From a virus: a DNA stretch of 64,000 bases. Position numbers and translations under genes: made by a program. Position 1 is the first letter of the stretch, and each line of letters opens with the position of its first letter. Below are positions 1-10,419 of the stretch, piece after piece. The stretch lies in IMG/VR virus record IMGVR_UViG_3300034683_000333. The stretch is one strand, 5' to 3'. The notes under the pieces were generated by a model. That model did no database searches and had not been told where the DNA came from. It saw nothing but the letters and a program-made list of their open reading frames with translations.

Positions 1-472
1 TAAAGTTGCACAAAAACGAATAGATTGAATCAGAACTTTGAACACGATCATATCCAGGAATGAATCCGTGTTTCAAAATTTCACGGTAATTACCACAAAG
101 GTCTTTATCAAAATCATCAACAATAAATTTGTAAGTCAGTTTGATTGGCTGAATTTCATCACCATCGCCGAGAATAACATCACGCAATGTAAATCCAAGG
201 TGGACATGATTCTGCTTATTCCATCGCATCTACAAATCGTACAATACAGTGTCGATATAATACCAATAATCTTCTTCATTTATTTTGAGATCTTGCTTAA
301 TGGATTGAATACTTTTCTTCTTGGAATTGGGATCATACATAAAATCAAACACCGTGGAATCCAAGATGTGTTTGCTTTTTGTGGGGTTATCACCCGTTTC
401 AATCTCCCCGCCAAATTCACCAAATACGACATTATTGATGTAATACTCCTGACGATCTGCACGATTTCCCAT
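1..472 (-). CDS. hypothetical protein, runs off the window; in-frame TAG at 230-232 read through
   Basis: Strong SD (AAGGAGG) before ATG 472. After TAG the frame stays open to base 1 (..VLYDL*MRWNKQNHVHLGFTLRDVILGD..). Confidence 0.7.
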
Positions 473-512
473 AATTTAGTCCTCCTTGGAGTTGTTTATA
501 TTTTACTGGATA

Positions 513-2675
513 TTACCAACCATTCTTCTGAAAAACCTCGTTGATGTACTTGTTGGCGTACAAAATCTCCATACGCCCCGTTGACGTGACACACGAAACA
601 AGCAGTCGATTAAACAAAACTCCAAATGAATATCCAAAATATCCGTAAATCGAATTCGCATAAATTTTATAAAACAACTGATAAATATGATACTTTCTTT
701 TTTCTATCGGATCTGTCGCTTCGGCCTTTTTCTTTTTATACTCCGCACGAATTGTCAACAATCGCTCACACATCTTTGCAATAAATCCAGGCTTCTTATC
801 GTATATAATCCCTATATTAGCAATTGTGTATTTCCCAGAACGGAAAATACCACGATACACTTTGGAAGCGGATACATTTAAAAAACGATCTTTTACAAAA
901 TCATAGACAACGACACGTCGATCATCTCTTGGCTCATCGAAACCATTATAGAGATAATCGATGGTTTCTCGAATGGGAGTGATAAACCTGGCCGTCTCAA
1001 CACTGATGTTAAGACCATACATAATTGTCGGGTACATAGAGAAAAAATCAAGGTCGATGAGTTTTTCGGAAACACCAATAAAACTCTTATTGTAAGCACC
1101 ACCATAAGAACGAATTGAATGGATGTTGGGGGCGATCACTTTACGCACCCAATCCCATTCATCCTCACCTTCACTAAGTCGATTGTGACAAGATGTGGTC
1201 ACCTGGTGAGCATCCAGGAACTTTTTCCGTTGATCCTCCTTGATCTTCCCACGTCGAATCTGACCAAGCAAAGTCTGAATGCTATATACCTTCGTATCAC
1301 TTGAATCATCATCGGAATCATCGTTGTCACTGTTTGTATTATCTTCAGAAACATCATTTTCATCAAGAGATGTGATATGATTTTTCAAGAAATTGACAAT
1401 ATTCTTATAGAAATATATCTTCAAATCTTTCTTCTCCAAACCATAAAAATCTGCATTAACAGCCTTATATACTTCATTGAAATAATAGTTATAATAGTTT
1501 GTAAACTTTGAAGCAATAAACACAATACCATTAGCTTTACCAAATTTCATAAAATATGGTTCAAGTATGTTCTTTACATTAAAAACATGCAATACGGCAC
1601 CATTCTTATGAAACTCAAACATAACATCAATAAGATTAAGATTTTGATCCATCAAATAAATAAGAAAACAGTCAACGATATTATATGCAATATCAAGAAA
1701 TGTATCGCTTTCAATTTTATTTACACCAAGTACAGCATTTGCAATATAATCAAGCTTCATACTTGGCATATTTTTCGATACAATAAACTTATAAAGATTC
1801 ATGTAATCAATTGAAAACCCATGTGAAAATACATAACACTTTTCAAATCCATCAAACGTTGTATAATATTCAATTTTAATACTATTCTTTTCACACCTAT
1901 TGATAAGATATTGAAGGTCAAAGTTATTAACATTCCATCCAGTAACAATCGCAAATTGCCGCAAACACTTTAAAATATCAACCAACATCGAACTTTCTTC
2001 ATCGTAAACATTATAAACAATCCGAAGATCTTCAAAGTCACTGGAATTCACACGACCAGAAACGTGATTCTTAATTTTTTCCATAATCTCGTCATGAGAT
2101 GTGAACTCCACCCGATCACGGAGATAAAACACATTTGCCGTCTTCGTCTCGCAATCGAAGATTGTTGCCAAATCGATGGGATATTTTGCCTTCCCGGGAT
2201 CAGGAAACGAACCGTCATCGGGAAACATCTCGATATCGAACACACACACCCGTACATCATTTCGATCGGCAAGCGTCACGGGAAGTGTCTTGATGTGGTA
2301 TTCTGAACGAAACGTATTGTAGGTAAGATACCGAGTGGGATGAAATTCTGTATTGGCAACGGCAGAATATGATTTGACATCGCCAATGGTGGAAAGGTGC
2401 ATCGGATGGACTTCGATTTTTTCACATCGCTTTGCATACTGAAGATACAAAGCTTGAAATTTGTTGCTCTCTGTTTTCAGATTATCAATGCTATACCTAT
2501 ACACCGGGACCTTAATAGAAACCCGCTTTGAAACAACATGCTTCGTTTCCTTATTTACGAAATGCAAAACACATTGTTTTCCAACATAATAAGCATTTAG
2601 AAGAACATACCCCTTCTCTTCCCCACGCTTAATCAAATCCAAAATATCAGACAAGCTCATTTCTTGTTGCATCAA
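513..2675 (-). CDS. polB: family B DNA polymerase, N-terminal subunit (3'-5' exonuclease plus motifs A and B; motif C absent)
   Basis: ExoI FDIE, ExoII TGWNVNNFDLQY, motif A DLDFFSMYPTIM, motif B KIYANSIYGYFG. Ends at TAA before YGDTDS. Confidence 0.9.
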   Translation of the reverse strand: MMQQEMSLSDILDLIKRGEEKGYVLLNAYYVGKQCVLHFVNKETKHVVSKRVSIKVPVYRYSIDNLKTESNKFQALYLQYAKRCEKIEVHPMHLSTIGDVKSYSAVANTEFHPTRYLTYNTFRSEYHIKTLPVTLADRNDVRVCVFDIEMFPDDGSFPDPGKAKYPIDLATIFDCETKTANVFYLRDRVEFTSHDEIMEKIKNHVSGRVNSSDFEDLRIVYNVYDEESSMLVDILKCLRQFAIVTGWNVNNFDLQYLINRCEKNSIKIEYYTTFDGFEKCYVFSHGFSIDYMNLYKFIVSKNMPSMKLDYIANAVLGVNKIESDTFLDIAYNIVDCFLIYLMDQNLNLIDVMFEFHKNGAVLHVFNVKNILEPYFMKFGKANGIVFIASKFTNYYNYYFNEVYKAVNADFYGLEKKDLKIYFYKNIVNFLKNHITSLDENDVSEDNTNSDNDDSDDDSSDTKVYSIQTLLGQIRRGKIKEDQRKKFLDAHQVTTSCHNRLSEGEDEWDWVRKVIAPNIHSIRSYGGAYNKSFIGVSEKLIDLDFFSMYPTIMYGLNISVETARFITPIRETIDYLYNGFDEPRDDRRVVVYDFVKDRFLNVSASKVYRGIFRSGKYTIANIGIIYDKKPGFIAKMCERLLTIRAEYKKKKAEATDPIEKRKYHIYQLFYKIYANSIYGYFGYSFGVLFNRLLVSCVTSTGRMEILYANKYINEVFQKNGW

Positions 2676-2677
2676 GA

Positions 2678-3772
2678 TTATACTCCCGATATCGGAATGT
2701 TTTTGATATTCGTTGACACCACACTCTGATAATATCGCTTGACATTTGAATTTAAAATATTCCGAAACCGGATTAGCAACATCAACACCCCAAACGCCTT
2801 CTCCTTATCCCCATTATCGTACATCATATCGACGAACATGTCAAGACATTTTGCATAAGTAAAAATGTATTCCAAAATATCAAAATAGTATTCAGTACTT
2901 AAAAAATCATGTATGATATTTCTATATTTCAACCAAACACTGATTTCAATACCATTTAATACAACATAATGACTTGAGATATCTTTTATAATGAAGTCCA
3001 TAAAAGACTTATTATCTATTGATTGACGAATTTTATTTCCAATCACATACAATACAAATGATATAGTAGTTATTGTACCCAACGGAATTGTAAGCTTTTC
3101 ATTTTCCAGCTTCTTTATATATGGAATACCATAAACATCAATAAAAGACTTGAATTTATGAATATTATATTTACCAGACATTAACATTGAACGATAAGCT
3201 GTCGCCGTCTTGATAAATTCATCGAATTCATTAGAATTAGATAAAATCAAATTAGACAATGTGTCAAGTCTGTTATAGAAATTTACAAAACAACCCTAAG
3301 TATCGTAAAACCACTTGCTGGGTTTTGCATATGAAAAACCATTTTGACATTTACAAAGTGCGCTTAACTCCCTCGTCCTGACGATATTCAACACCATGGT
3401 CAACCTTGGGTTTCCCTTGAACAACAGAATTGTGTTGGATGAATCTTTAGACTCTGGAATCAAACCACTAAACAAATCACGATACCACGTCAAATTGTTA
3501 ACAAACCGATCCTCAATAATATCGAACACTTTTATTCTACGATCAAAATTAAACGACTTATATACACTATTTTTTTCATCATCAACAGTACAATAATTGC
3601 GTAAATAATAATAAATTGAATTTTTTAGACTACTTTCGTTTCCAGATGTGTAATGTTTTATGTTATTAAAAATAAAATCAAGGGCAGTTTCGAAACTGCC
3701 CATGTTACGCAAATAGTCAACTCCGACCGACTGAACAAAGGTCTCAATAATCGGTTTGTAGTTACACTTCAA
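2678..3772 (-). CDS. hypothetical protein (fusion of track ORFs 3296..3772 and 2678..3259 through TAG 3296-3298)
   Basis: Both ORFs share a frame; the 12-codon linker is open (KWFYDT*GCFVNFYNRLDTLSNL). Confidence 0.75.
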
Positions 3773-5000
3773 GTTCGCCTCCTATGTCCGAAAAGTCCGC
3801 AGATTCAGAAAAATCATTGAATCGGCAAAACGAAAAATACGGACACCACCCACACAACATCGTATCACCGGAAGGGTACTTAATGCTTTCCCGTGAAAAC
3901 AGAAGGTGCATCACCTTAAACATACCCGACATCAAGACCATCGGAACATAGTAGTAATTGTTCTCGTTCGAATCTTTAAGCGTTTTAGAATACAACAAAT
4001 TATATTGTTTCTGGAGCGACGTTCGATGCTTATCATAGAATTCGAAAAATGAAGTTATTCTATTAACATACGTATGCAAACGGTCAATGACGATATTGCG
4101 GTTCACCTGCTTTGGATTGACCCGAACCTTACCTTCTTTAACCACGAGAAGATATTTAGTAACCGGAACGTTCGGAAATCCGAGACTATAGTAGAACAAC
4201 TGCTGCCAGTTAAGGTAATTTGGATTTCCCAATTTATAGTCCAGGATATGAACATGGTCAGGATACTTTACCACAAGATCCGAAATACCAACAAATTTCA
4301 CACCATTGGAAATATTCAATTCAAAACGAAATTCAGGGACCAACTCAAAACCGTGGTGATTTCCACAAATTTTTGTGAGAAATCCACCGAGCATCCGAGT
4401 ACCTTCCCGAACACCGTTGTCAATGGCATAATAATCGGTAAAACAGTTCATCCTCGGAAGAAACGACCGAAGTAACTCCACATCCGAATAAACCAGATCA
4501 TAGCGAACAGAATACGATGGAAAGAAAACGGAGATGATTTCCTTTACCATCTCATTTGGGTTAGAATATTCGCTCGGTTCAAATATCTTGGCATAGCCAC
4601 GATGAACTTCATGAACAATATCAATAAATAGTTTTCGATCAAAAACTCCTGGTTCGGAGTTATTATTATAATTGATAATAACATCTTCGAGAAACTTATG
4701 AACAACCTTACCAGTAAAAATTTCCTCACTTATAGTAAAAAACCACTGACCAAGCACATAGGAAAGCGCATACTTCATAATACACTGATCGAATGTATTC
4801 ATCTCAGAATAACTTATTGATTTCTTGACCCGTTTTTTGAACACATTGCTAGGGTAAAGCGGTGTTAGATCCGCCACCCGGTAAAACGAGTCAACACCAG
4901 AAAGGCGCTCGGCGATTCTCGGCAATGTCCACCCTTTCCTAGAATCATTTCGTTCCGGTAGAACCAAGTCCCGAAGTTCTTGTGCTGTATTGATCATCAT
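3762..5000 (-). CDS. PD-(D/E)XK exonuclease, RecB/AddB/Cas4-like (true start probably just downstream of dut)
   Basis: SYSEMNTFDQC, GKVVHKFLE, E..GISDL..ILDYK, QLFYY and C-terminal CGWCPYFSFC Fe-S-type Cys motif. Confidence 0.8.
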   Translation of the reverse strand: MMINTAQELRDLVLPERNDSRKGWTLPRIAERLSGVDSFYRVADLTPLYPSNVFKKRVKKSISYSEMNTFDQCIMKYALSYVLGQWFFTISEEIFTGKVVHKFLEDVIINYNNNSEPGVFDRKLFIDIVHEVHRGYAKIFEPSEYSNPNEMVKEIISVFFPSYSVRYDLVYSDVELLRSFLPRMNCFTDYYAIDNGVREGTRMLGGFLTKICGNHHGFELVPEFRFELNISNGVKFVGISDLVVKYPDHVHILDYKLGNPNYLNWQQLFYYSLGFPNVPVTKYLLVVKEGKVRVNPKQVNRNIVIDRLHTYVNRITSFFEFYDKHRTSLQKQYNLLYSKTLKDSNENNYYYVPMVLMSGMFKVMHLLFSRESIKYPSGDTMLCGWCPYFSFCRFNDFSESADFSDIGGELEV

Positions 5001-5493
5001 ATTGACTCACATCCTCTGTTAGCACACTGAAATCTACCCGAATCATGGGAACAATTTCAGCCTGTGCGATTCGTTCCCCATGAGAAATCTTTACGGGAAT
5101 ATTACTCACATTCATCGCCAAAACAAACGTTTGTTCTGGATAGTCGTAATCAATAACACCCTCACAATTCGCCAGAATCAATCCATTTTTGAGTGCCATT
5201 CCAGACCGTGGGTGGATTCTCATGGAATGCCCAACCGGAATATGGAACTTCATCCCGGTGGGAATAAGCACCCTGTGGAACGGTTTAATGATAACAGATT
5301 CTTCCTCGATTTCAATAATTTCTTTTTCATTTTGTGGTGAATACCCCACAACCGTCTCAACCCTAAGATACGCTCGGAGATCAAAACAGCAACTTCCAAG
5401 TGTTGCATATCCAGGAATTTCAACATCTTCAAAAATCTTATAAATCCCAAGAGTCAAATTGTCAATACCCTTACAATTACAGATGGTTTTCAT
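4945..5493 (-). CDS. dut: dUTPase (trimeric)
   Basis: GSCCFDL, PRSGMA, GVIDYDY, RIAQAEI, RTSGLGSTG motifs. Confidence 0.95.
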   Translation of the reverse strand: MKTICNCKGIDNLTLGIYKIFEDVEIPGYATLGSCCFDLRAYLRVETVVGYSPQNEKEIIEIEEESVIIKPFHRVLIPTGMKFHIPVGHSMRIHPRSGMALKNGLILANCEGVIDYDYPEQTFVLAMNVSNIPVKISHGERIAQAEIVPMIRVDFSVLTEDVSQYDDQYSTRTSGLGSTGTK

Positions 5494-5508
5494 TATTAAA
5501 ATCTCCTT

Positions 5509-5775
5509 TCAATTGGATTCAGCAAGTACAAGACAATTTTCATCAACGTAATCACAGCAATACCATTTTCCATCCAAAAGAATAATTTGTGGGATATATT
5601 GAGATCCCTTCGCAACGCAATTTACCTGCTTGCAATCTTTATCCCAATTACACCTAAACTCATCTGTTTCAAATATATGACTCTCAAGTAGTGCTATCTG
5701 ACGCTTACGAACCAAACTCGAATTACATCTTTTACACGTCACTGAATCACCCCCTAACACCGTTTCTACGTCCAA
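5509..5775 (-). CDS. small Cys-rich hypothetical protein
   Basis: Fills the gap in a co-oriented operon; CKRC and further Cys. Confidence 0.5.
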   Translation of the reverse strand: MDVETVLGGDSVTCKRCNSSLVRKRQIALLESHIFETDEFRCNWDKDCKQVNCVAKGSQYIPQIILLDGKWYCCDYVDENCLVLAESN

Positions 5776-5834
5776 TTTTGTTAATGAACGACATCTAACA
5801 CACTAAAAGTTATCAAGATAAGCTTTATCTTTTT

Positions 5835-6845
5835 TCATCTCAAAACCTCACACTCGATTGTATCAATAAGTTTACCATATCTTTTAATTGAGTCAAGGGA
5901 AGGCATATTCGATTGCGTTTTTACCTTCAACCAACCTAAATATGACAATATTTTTAAAACATTTAAAAACTCATCGGAATTGCTACAAAACTCAAACTTG
6001 TATGCGCCACCCATAAATGCATACGATGATAGGATCACATCCCCCGCACCGACAACCGTTTGTCCCAGCGATTCGACATAATGGGGAACACCAACACAAA
6101 AACCGTGTCCGTGCGTAGAATATCCATACAACCCCCTCGACCCATTTGTAACAATAATGGAATCCAAATGCAATATTAACGAAAGATATTTCATTCGGTT
6201 ATAGATTTTACTGTCATTAACAGAATACATTTTACATAGTTTCGTAAATTCTTTCATGTTACACGTCAAATGGTTACACCACTCAATATATCTACGTATC
6301 ACACTTGGACGACAATTTACAACAACGCTATCGTAACATCCAGTTAGATCCGTTTTTATTCTGCTGATAAAATAATCAGATATGAATCCCTTTGCATAAT
6401 CTGGAATAACAAGCACATTATAATACGATCTACTCATATTTTGTTGCATCATGGTCAACAATTCATCGTACAAATAATCAGGATACCCATTAAACTCTGA
6501 AAAACATTTATCATAATCAATTCGTGTAATGTATCTTTTCGTATCTTGTTCAATAAAACGATCTTTTACTGGAATGCTTTGTTTTTCTATAAAATCCGCA
6601 ATAATAGCATTAAGTGTAAATTGTTTTGGAACACCATTAATTAAACTTGAATCATTTTTTGTCAATAATGAATAAAAATCAACTCGATTGGGGCAAAAAG
6701 TACCTAAAATATTCGCAACATTTGTTGATCCACCATATCTTGTTTCCATAGAACAAACATCAACAATTTGATTACTTGGCAATTCCAAATTGTCTCGAAA
6801 AACAATGCAGTCAAAAAATCGGTCTAAAATCACATCCCCAATCAC
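5835..6845 (-). CDS. hldE: PfkB-family kinase, HldE/RfaE domain I-like (heptose-7-phosphate kinase)
   Basis: IGDVILDRF, GGSTNVA, PDYAKG, VVGAGDV motifs typical of the RfaE kinase domain. Confidence 0.75.
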   Translation of the reverse strand: MIGDVILDRFFDCIVFRDNLELPSNQIVDVCSMETRYGGSTNVANILGTFCPNRVDFYSLLTKNDSSLINGVPKQFTLNAIIADFIEKQSIPVKDRFIEQDTKRYITRIDYDKCFSEFNGYPDYLYDELLTMMQQNMSRSYYNVLVIPDYAKGFISDYFISRIKTDLTGCYDSVVVNCRPSVIRRYIEWCNHLTCNMKEFTKLCKMYSVNDSKIYNRMKYLSLILHLDSIIVTNGSRGLYGYSTHGHGFCVGVPHYVESLGQTVVGAGDVILSSYAFMGGAYKFEFCSNSDEFLNVLKILSYLGWLKVKTQSNMPSLDSIKRYGKLIDTIECEVLR

Positions 6846-6896
6846 ATGGAACCTAACGTTACTAGGAACAGACTTCTAGATCATTGCATTCCTCCT

Positions 6897-6931
6897 AAAA
6901 AAAAAAAGAGAGATGGTGTTTCCCCCATCTC
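6897..6931 (-). terminator. intrinsic terminator after the SSB-like gene
   Basis: GAGATGG/CCATCTC stem followed by a long T run on the minus strand. Confidence 0.65.
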
Positions 6932-6935
6932 AAAC

Positions 6936-7706
6936 TCAAAACTCCACAGTAAATTCATCATTCGCAACAAAGTCAGACTCATCTGTTGCAAAATCAACGT
7001 CGTTAAATTCTTCATTCGACGCCCCACCAGTTACCTCGGGTTTGGCACTTGCTACTGCGCCAGCCCTACGGCTCGGAAGCTCATCGGCGGACTGATAGCC
7101 GTTTTTGAGCTGGTTTTGTGGAGCCAATCCGGGACCACTTGCCCGATAAACCATGCCCATGATCCGATGGATCAGGCAATTCTGGTGGTAGGACGCCAAA
7201 AAATTTTCCACATAATCGGCGATCATGTTCGCTTCGGCGTCCGTAACGGATACCGTGATCTGCCCACTGAATGTTACACGGAGATAATACTTTCCCTGAT
7301 AACACCCAGGCATGATATAGATCATCGTTCGCTTCTTGGGATTGCTGAACTTCTGCTCATCAGCAATCGACTTGTACTTGGCCGAAATTTCGTCATTATC
7401 GACCTTATTCTTCTTAAGTGCACCCAAAATCTGACACCACTTCCGCCAACGATAAGCGAACTCCCAAATGGTATTATACGCTGTGAAATAATAGGTATTC
7501 TCCCGCTTCCAATCGTAGGTGCGATTATCCCCCGAAGACCCCTCATTAACATGGGCAAACTGGATCACAAACACGGGGTTACTCTGATACCCCTTCGAAA
7601 AATAGCTCACCCCAACATACATCGCCGCCTTGGGACGATAAACACCAAAGCTGTTTTCGAAGTTAATAAAATTGTTGTTGTCGTTTTTTCCGTTTGTGTA
7701 CGCCAT
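6936..7706 (-). CDS. putative single-stranded DNA-binding protein
   Basis: Directly downstream of recA; aromatic-rich core, flexible linker, acidic tail ending in Phe (DESDFVANDEFTVEF). No family motif recognised. Confidence 0.45.
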   Translation of the reverse strand: MAYTNGKNDNNNFINFENSFGVYRPKAAMYVGVSYFSKGYQSNPVFVIQFAHVNEGSSGDNRTYDWKRENTYYFTAYNTIWEFAYRWRKWCQILGALKKNKVDNDEISAKYKSIADEQKFSNPKKRTMIYIMPGCYQGKYYLRVTFSGQITVSVTDAEANMIADYVENFLASYHQNCLIHRIMGMVYRASGPGLAPQNQLKNGYQSADELPSRRAGAVASAKPEVTGGASNEEFNDVDFATDESDFVANDEFTVEF

Positions 7707-7727
7707 GATTAACCCCCCTTTTTTTGT

Positions 7728-9029
7728 TTATCCGTTAAACCTAATGTAAGTCGGTAGAACATCCACCAACTTTTTCGTACCGTCAAAATAACATATTTTA
7801 ATATCGTTGTAAAGTCTTTTTATGAATTCAATGTAATCCGAATCAGAAAAAATGTGTTGCCTAAACATCATTACTGCACCACATTTCACCATAACCTTCC
7901 AAAACGGAATAGAATCGTTGGTTAAAAAGAAATTGTAAAGGTCAACAAGTGAATCGAACTTAAGTTCCTCCGACGAAGAAACATTTTCTTCCATAAAATC
8001 GTCCATATCCAGTGTTTCTTCTTTTTCGTTGCCATCAATTTCGGTGTATTTTATCACCAACGTTTTGGGAATAGATAGTTTATAAGGTCCACGTTTCTTT
8101 TCCAGAATACCCAGATCCTTAAGCATCATAATATTACTCAAAATCGCATCAAAGCCAGAAAACTGCGTCATCTCCAATCGAAAATCAACACCAACAAATG
8201 CATCCCGAGCCTTTTGAATCGTCCACAAAACACTTCTTGCCGCATCGGGCCGTTTTGTAAAAAATTTCGATTTACTAAGACTCTTACCATAAAGAGTCAA
8301 ATGACTCTTGTGCCGAAGAAAATTCCCACCGGGTGGTTCAGGTGGTGCAAACATATCCTGCTTTTCCCGATATTGATTAATCACAAAGAACGTCATCCCA
8401 AGAGACGAAAATTGAAGATCACGAAGCATACTCGAAACAGCACGTGCCGTATCACCACGACCAGTAACCATTTTGGGCGGTGTGGCGGCCACACTATCCC
8501 AAATGACAACAAGCTCCTTTTGAGGAAACTTTTTCTTTACGATATCCAAAATTGCAGGGATATCCTCAATTGTGTTGGGAATGATTGGCTTTTGAAATGG
8601 AAGAACGATTTTGATTCGCTTCAACCATTCCGTGGCAACGCCCTCTTCCGAATCAAGAAACAAGAAGATGTAACGATCTTGTTCCCCATTCAAAACAGAT
8701 TGCCTGAAGATAGAACTCGCAATTTGAAAAGAGAGCGTTGTTTTTCCACTCCCGGGAACCCCCCAAAGATAGGTCATTCGATTCTTTGGTATTCCACCAC
8801 AAAGAACCAAATCAAGATACGGATTTCCTGTTTTAAATAGATGCTTTTCCTCTCCGTCATCACTCAACGAGAGACTTGCAACATCTTTGTACATCGATTC
8901 CAATTCATTATTCATTTTTTCAAGAATAGAATTGAAATCAATCGTTCCAGAATCTTCATTGATCTCTTTCCGTTCGTTTTCAATAATCATTTGATCTTCC
9001 ATTACGGCCTCCCTTTTTCTTCTAGCCAT
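7728..9029 (-). CDS. uvsX: RecA/UvsX-like recombinase
   Basis: TGNPYLDLVLCGGIP, Walker A GVPGSGKT, FLDSEE, VIWDSVAA, FVINQYR. Confidence 0.92.
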   Translation of the reverse strand: MARRKREAVMEDQMIIENERKEINEDSGTIDFNSILEKMNNELESMYKDVASLSLSDDGEEKHLFKTGNPYLDLVLCGGIPKNRMTYLWGVPGSGKTTLSFQIASSIFRQSVLNGEQDRYIFLFLDSEEGVATEWLKRIKIVLPFQKPIIPNTIEDIPAILDIVKKKFPQKELVVIWDSVAATPPKMVTGRGDTARAVSSMLRDLQFSSLGMTFFVINQYREKQDMFAPPEPPGGNFLRHKSHLTLYGKSLSKSKFFTKRPDAARSVLWTIQKARDAFVGVDFRLEMTQFSGFDAILSNIMMLKDLGILEKKRGPYKLSIPKTLVIKYTEIDGNEKEETLDMDDFMEENVSSSEELKFDSLVDLYNFFLTNDSIPFWKVMVKCGAVMMFRQHIFSDSDYIEFIKRLYNDIKICYFDGTKKLVDVLPTYIRFNG

Positions 9030-9119
9030 TTAATCCTCCAGTAAAAAACTAATTAAAAAACAATAAAAACAAAGGAGAATCCTTTCGATGGGCAAAAAGA
9101 AACTCCCTCGTGTTGACAT

Positions 9120-9148
9120 AGATTAGCAGACTCTCATCGACGAGTCAA
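9120..9148 (-). promoter_or_regulatory. sigma70-type promoter upstream of recA
   Basis: TTGACT-17 nt-TAATCT with TG extension. Confidence 0.55.
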
Positions 9149-9210
9149 GTAAAAAATCAAAAAAGAAAAAGATTTGTCGCAAGCTCAAAAAATCAAAGAA
9201 AAAGTTTAAA

Positions 9211-9729
9211 TTAAGTATTAAATGATTTAACGATACGATTGATAACGTCAGTTGTTGAATATTTATGAATGTGCTCAATATAAACAACATCTGTAAATAA
9301 GCTACCAGTAACATCTTTTCCAACATATTCACTAGACTTAAATAGATATGTTGGTTTTATTACCTGAACTATTTTTTCAAGCTCGCTTTCTTCATTAAAC
9401 AAAAGAACATCATTAACATATATTATAGAAGATAACACATCATAACGATCTTGGCAAGTGTTAATAGGTCTACGATCACCTTTCAGTTTCTTAATTGAAG
9501 TGGAAGTGTTCAAGCAAACAACAAGATAGTCAACACGCAGATTTGCGTTCTTCAAAAAATTAACATGACCGGGATGTAAAATATCAAAACATCCATTTGT
9601 AATCCCAATCTTCTTACCACGTTCTTTTAGTAATTGAGAAACATTCATAATTCGCTTTAATGATTTCAATGAATCATTATATAACTTACAATTACCATCG
9701 GGATACAAATCACACGAACACCCAAACAT
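9211..9729 (-). CDS. rfaE2: HldE/RfaE domain II-like cytidylyltransferase-family enzyme (heptose-1-phosphate adenylyltransferase)
   Basis: TNGCFDILHPGHV, VVCLNT..SIKKLKG..RPIN, YSTT. Confidence 0.88.
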   Translation of the reverse strand: MFGCSCDLYPDGNCKLYNDSLKSLKRIMNVSQLLKERGKKIGITNGCFDILHPGHVNFLKNANLRVDYLVVCLNTSTSIKKLKGDRRPINTCQDRYDVLSSIIYVNDVLLFNEESELEKIVQVIKPTYLFKSSEYVGKDVTGSLFTDVVYIEHIHKYSTTDVINRIVKSFNT

Positions 9730-9735
9730 TAGACA

Positions 9736-10344
9736 TTACCTCCGGTTAGTTTTTTTAGATTCAGTAATATTTCTAAAATATGCTATATAAAAAGAATCCA
9801 ATATATCGGAAAGCGGAGACTTTAATTTATCACCACCACCATTAACATCATTATATATAGACAAAACATCGTCGTACCATTCATTTGAAACAATTATCTT
9901 AGATGAATCAACCATATCACAAAAGACTCTAAACAGTTCCTCCTTCTTGGCATTACCCTTATAAATTGCTTTTTTCACCATAGTTGGTGATACAACACAA
10001 AAAGTGTTCATCTGCCTCGTCAAAACCAGTTTTAAAATACCAACGAATTCACCTATCGAAAAAACTTTTCCAACAGCCCTAAAAGCATAATCTTCAATCA
10101 AAAGGTCATCATAATCATACCGTTCAATAAAATTTGAAAATGTTTTTACAACTTCATAATAGTATAAAATATCATTACCAATTGCTTTACGATCAATAAA
10201 TATCGGGGTTATTGTACCACGCTCACATCGATCTGCCATCCTTTGTGTCGGAACCACGACCCAGGATCTCGTTATGCCGTCTTCTGTCTATACGGTCATG
10301 GCCGTAGATGTGATTGAAGGATCAATTCCGATGTAGCACTTCAT
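9736..10344 (-). CDS. ruvC: RuvC-like Holliday junction resolvase; TAG at 10288-10290 (codon 19) read through
   Basis: SD GGAGGT plus ATG 10344 gives MKCYIGIDPSITSTAMTV*TEDG, in frame with IEDYAF, IGEFVGILK, VSPTMVKK, GNAKKEE, DILDSFYIA. Confidence 0.88.
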
Positions 10345-10381
10345 TGCAAAACCTCCGAATTTTTTGATTCATATATTTTAT

Positions 10382-10414
10382 AAAAAAGGCTCGACCGAAG
10401 CCGAGCCTCTTTTA
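10382..10414 (-). terminator. intrinsic terminator
   Basis: AGGCTCG/CGAGCCT stem with T run on the minus strand, immediately after TGA 10420. Confidence 0.65.
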
Positions 10415-10419
10415 GTTAA

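Noticed and set aside
1-229. PolB C-terminal half or an intein C-terminus (VQSSDSIY)
   Set aside because: No YGDTDS and no HN/intein motifs; it reads as the continuation of the 472 gene through TAG.
6846-7712. Long plus-strand ORFs antisense to real genes (also 38..544, 8214..8840, 10606..11160, 20251..21390, 21693..22691)
   Set aside because: Shadow frames of well-supported minus-strand genes; no motifs or SD.
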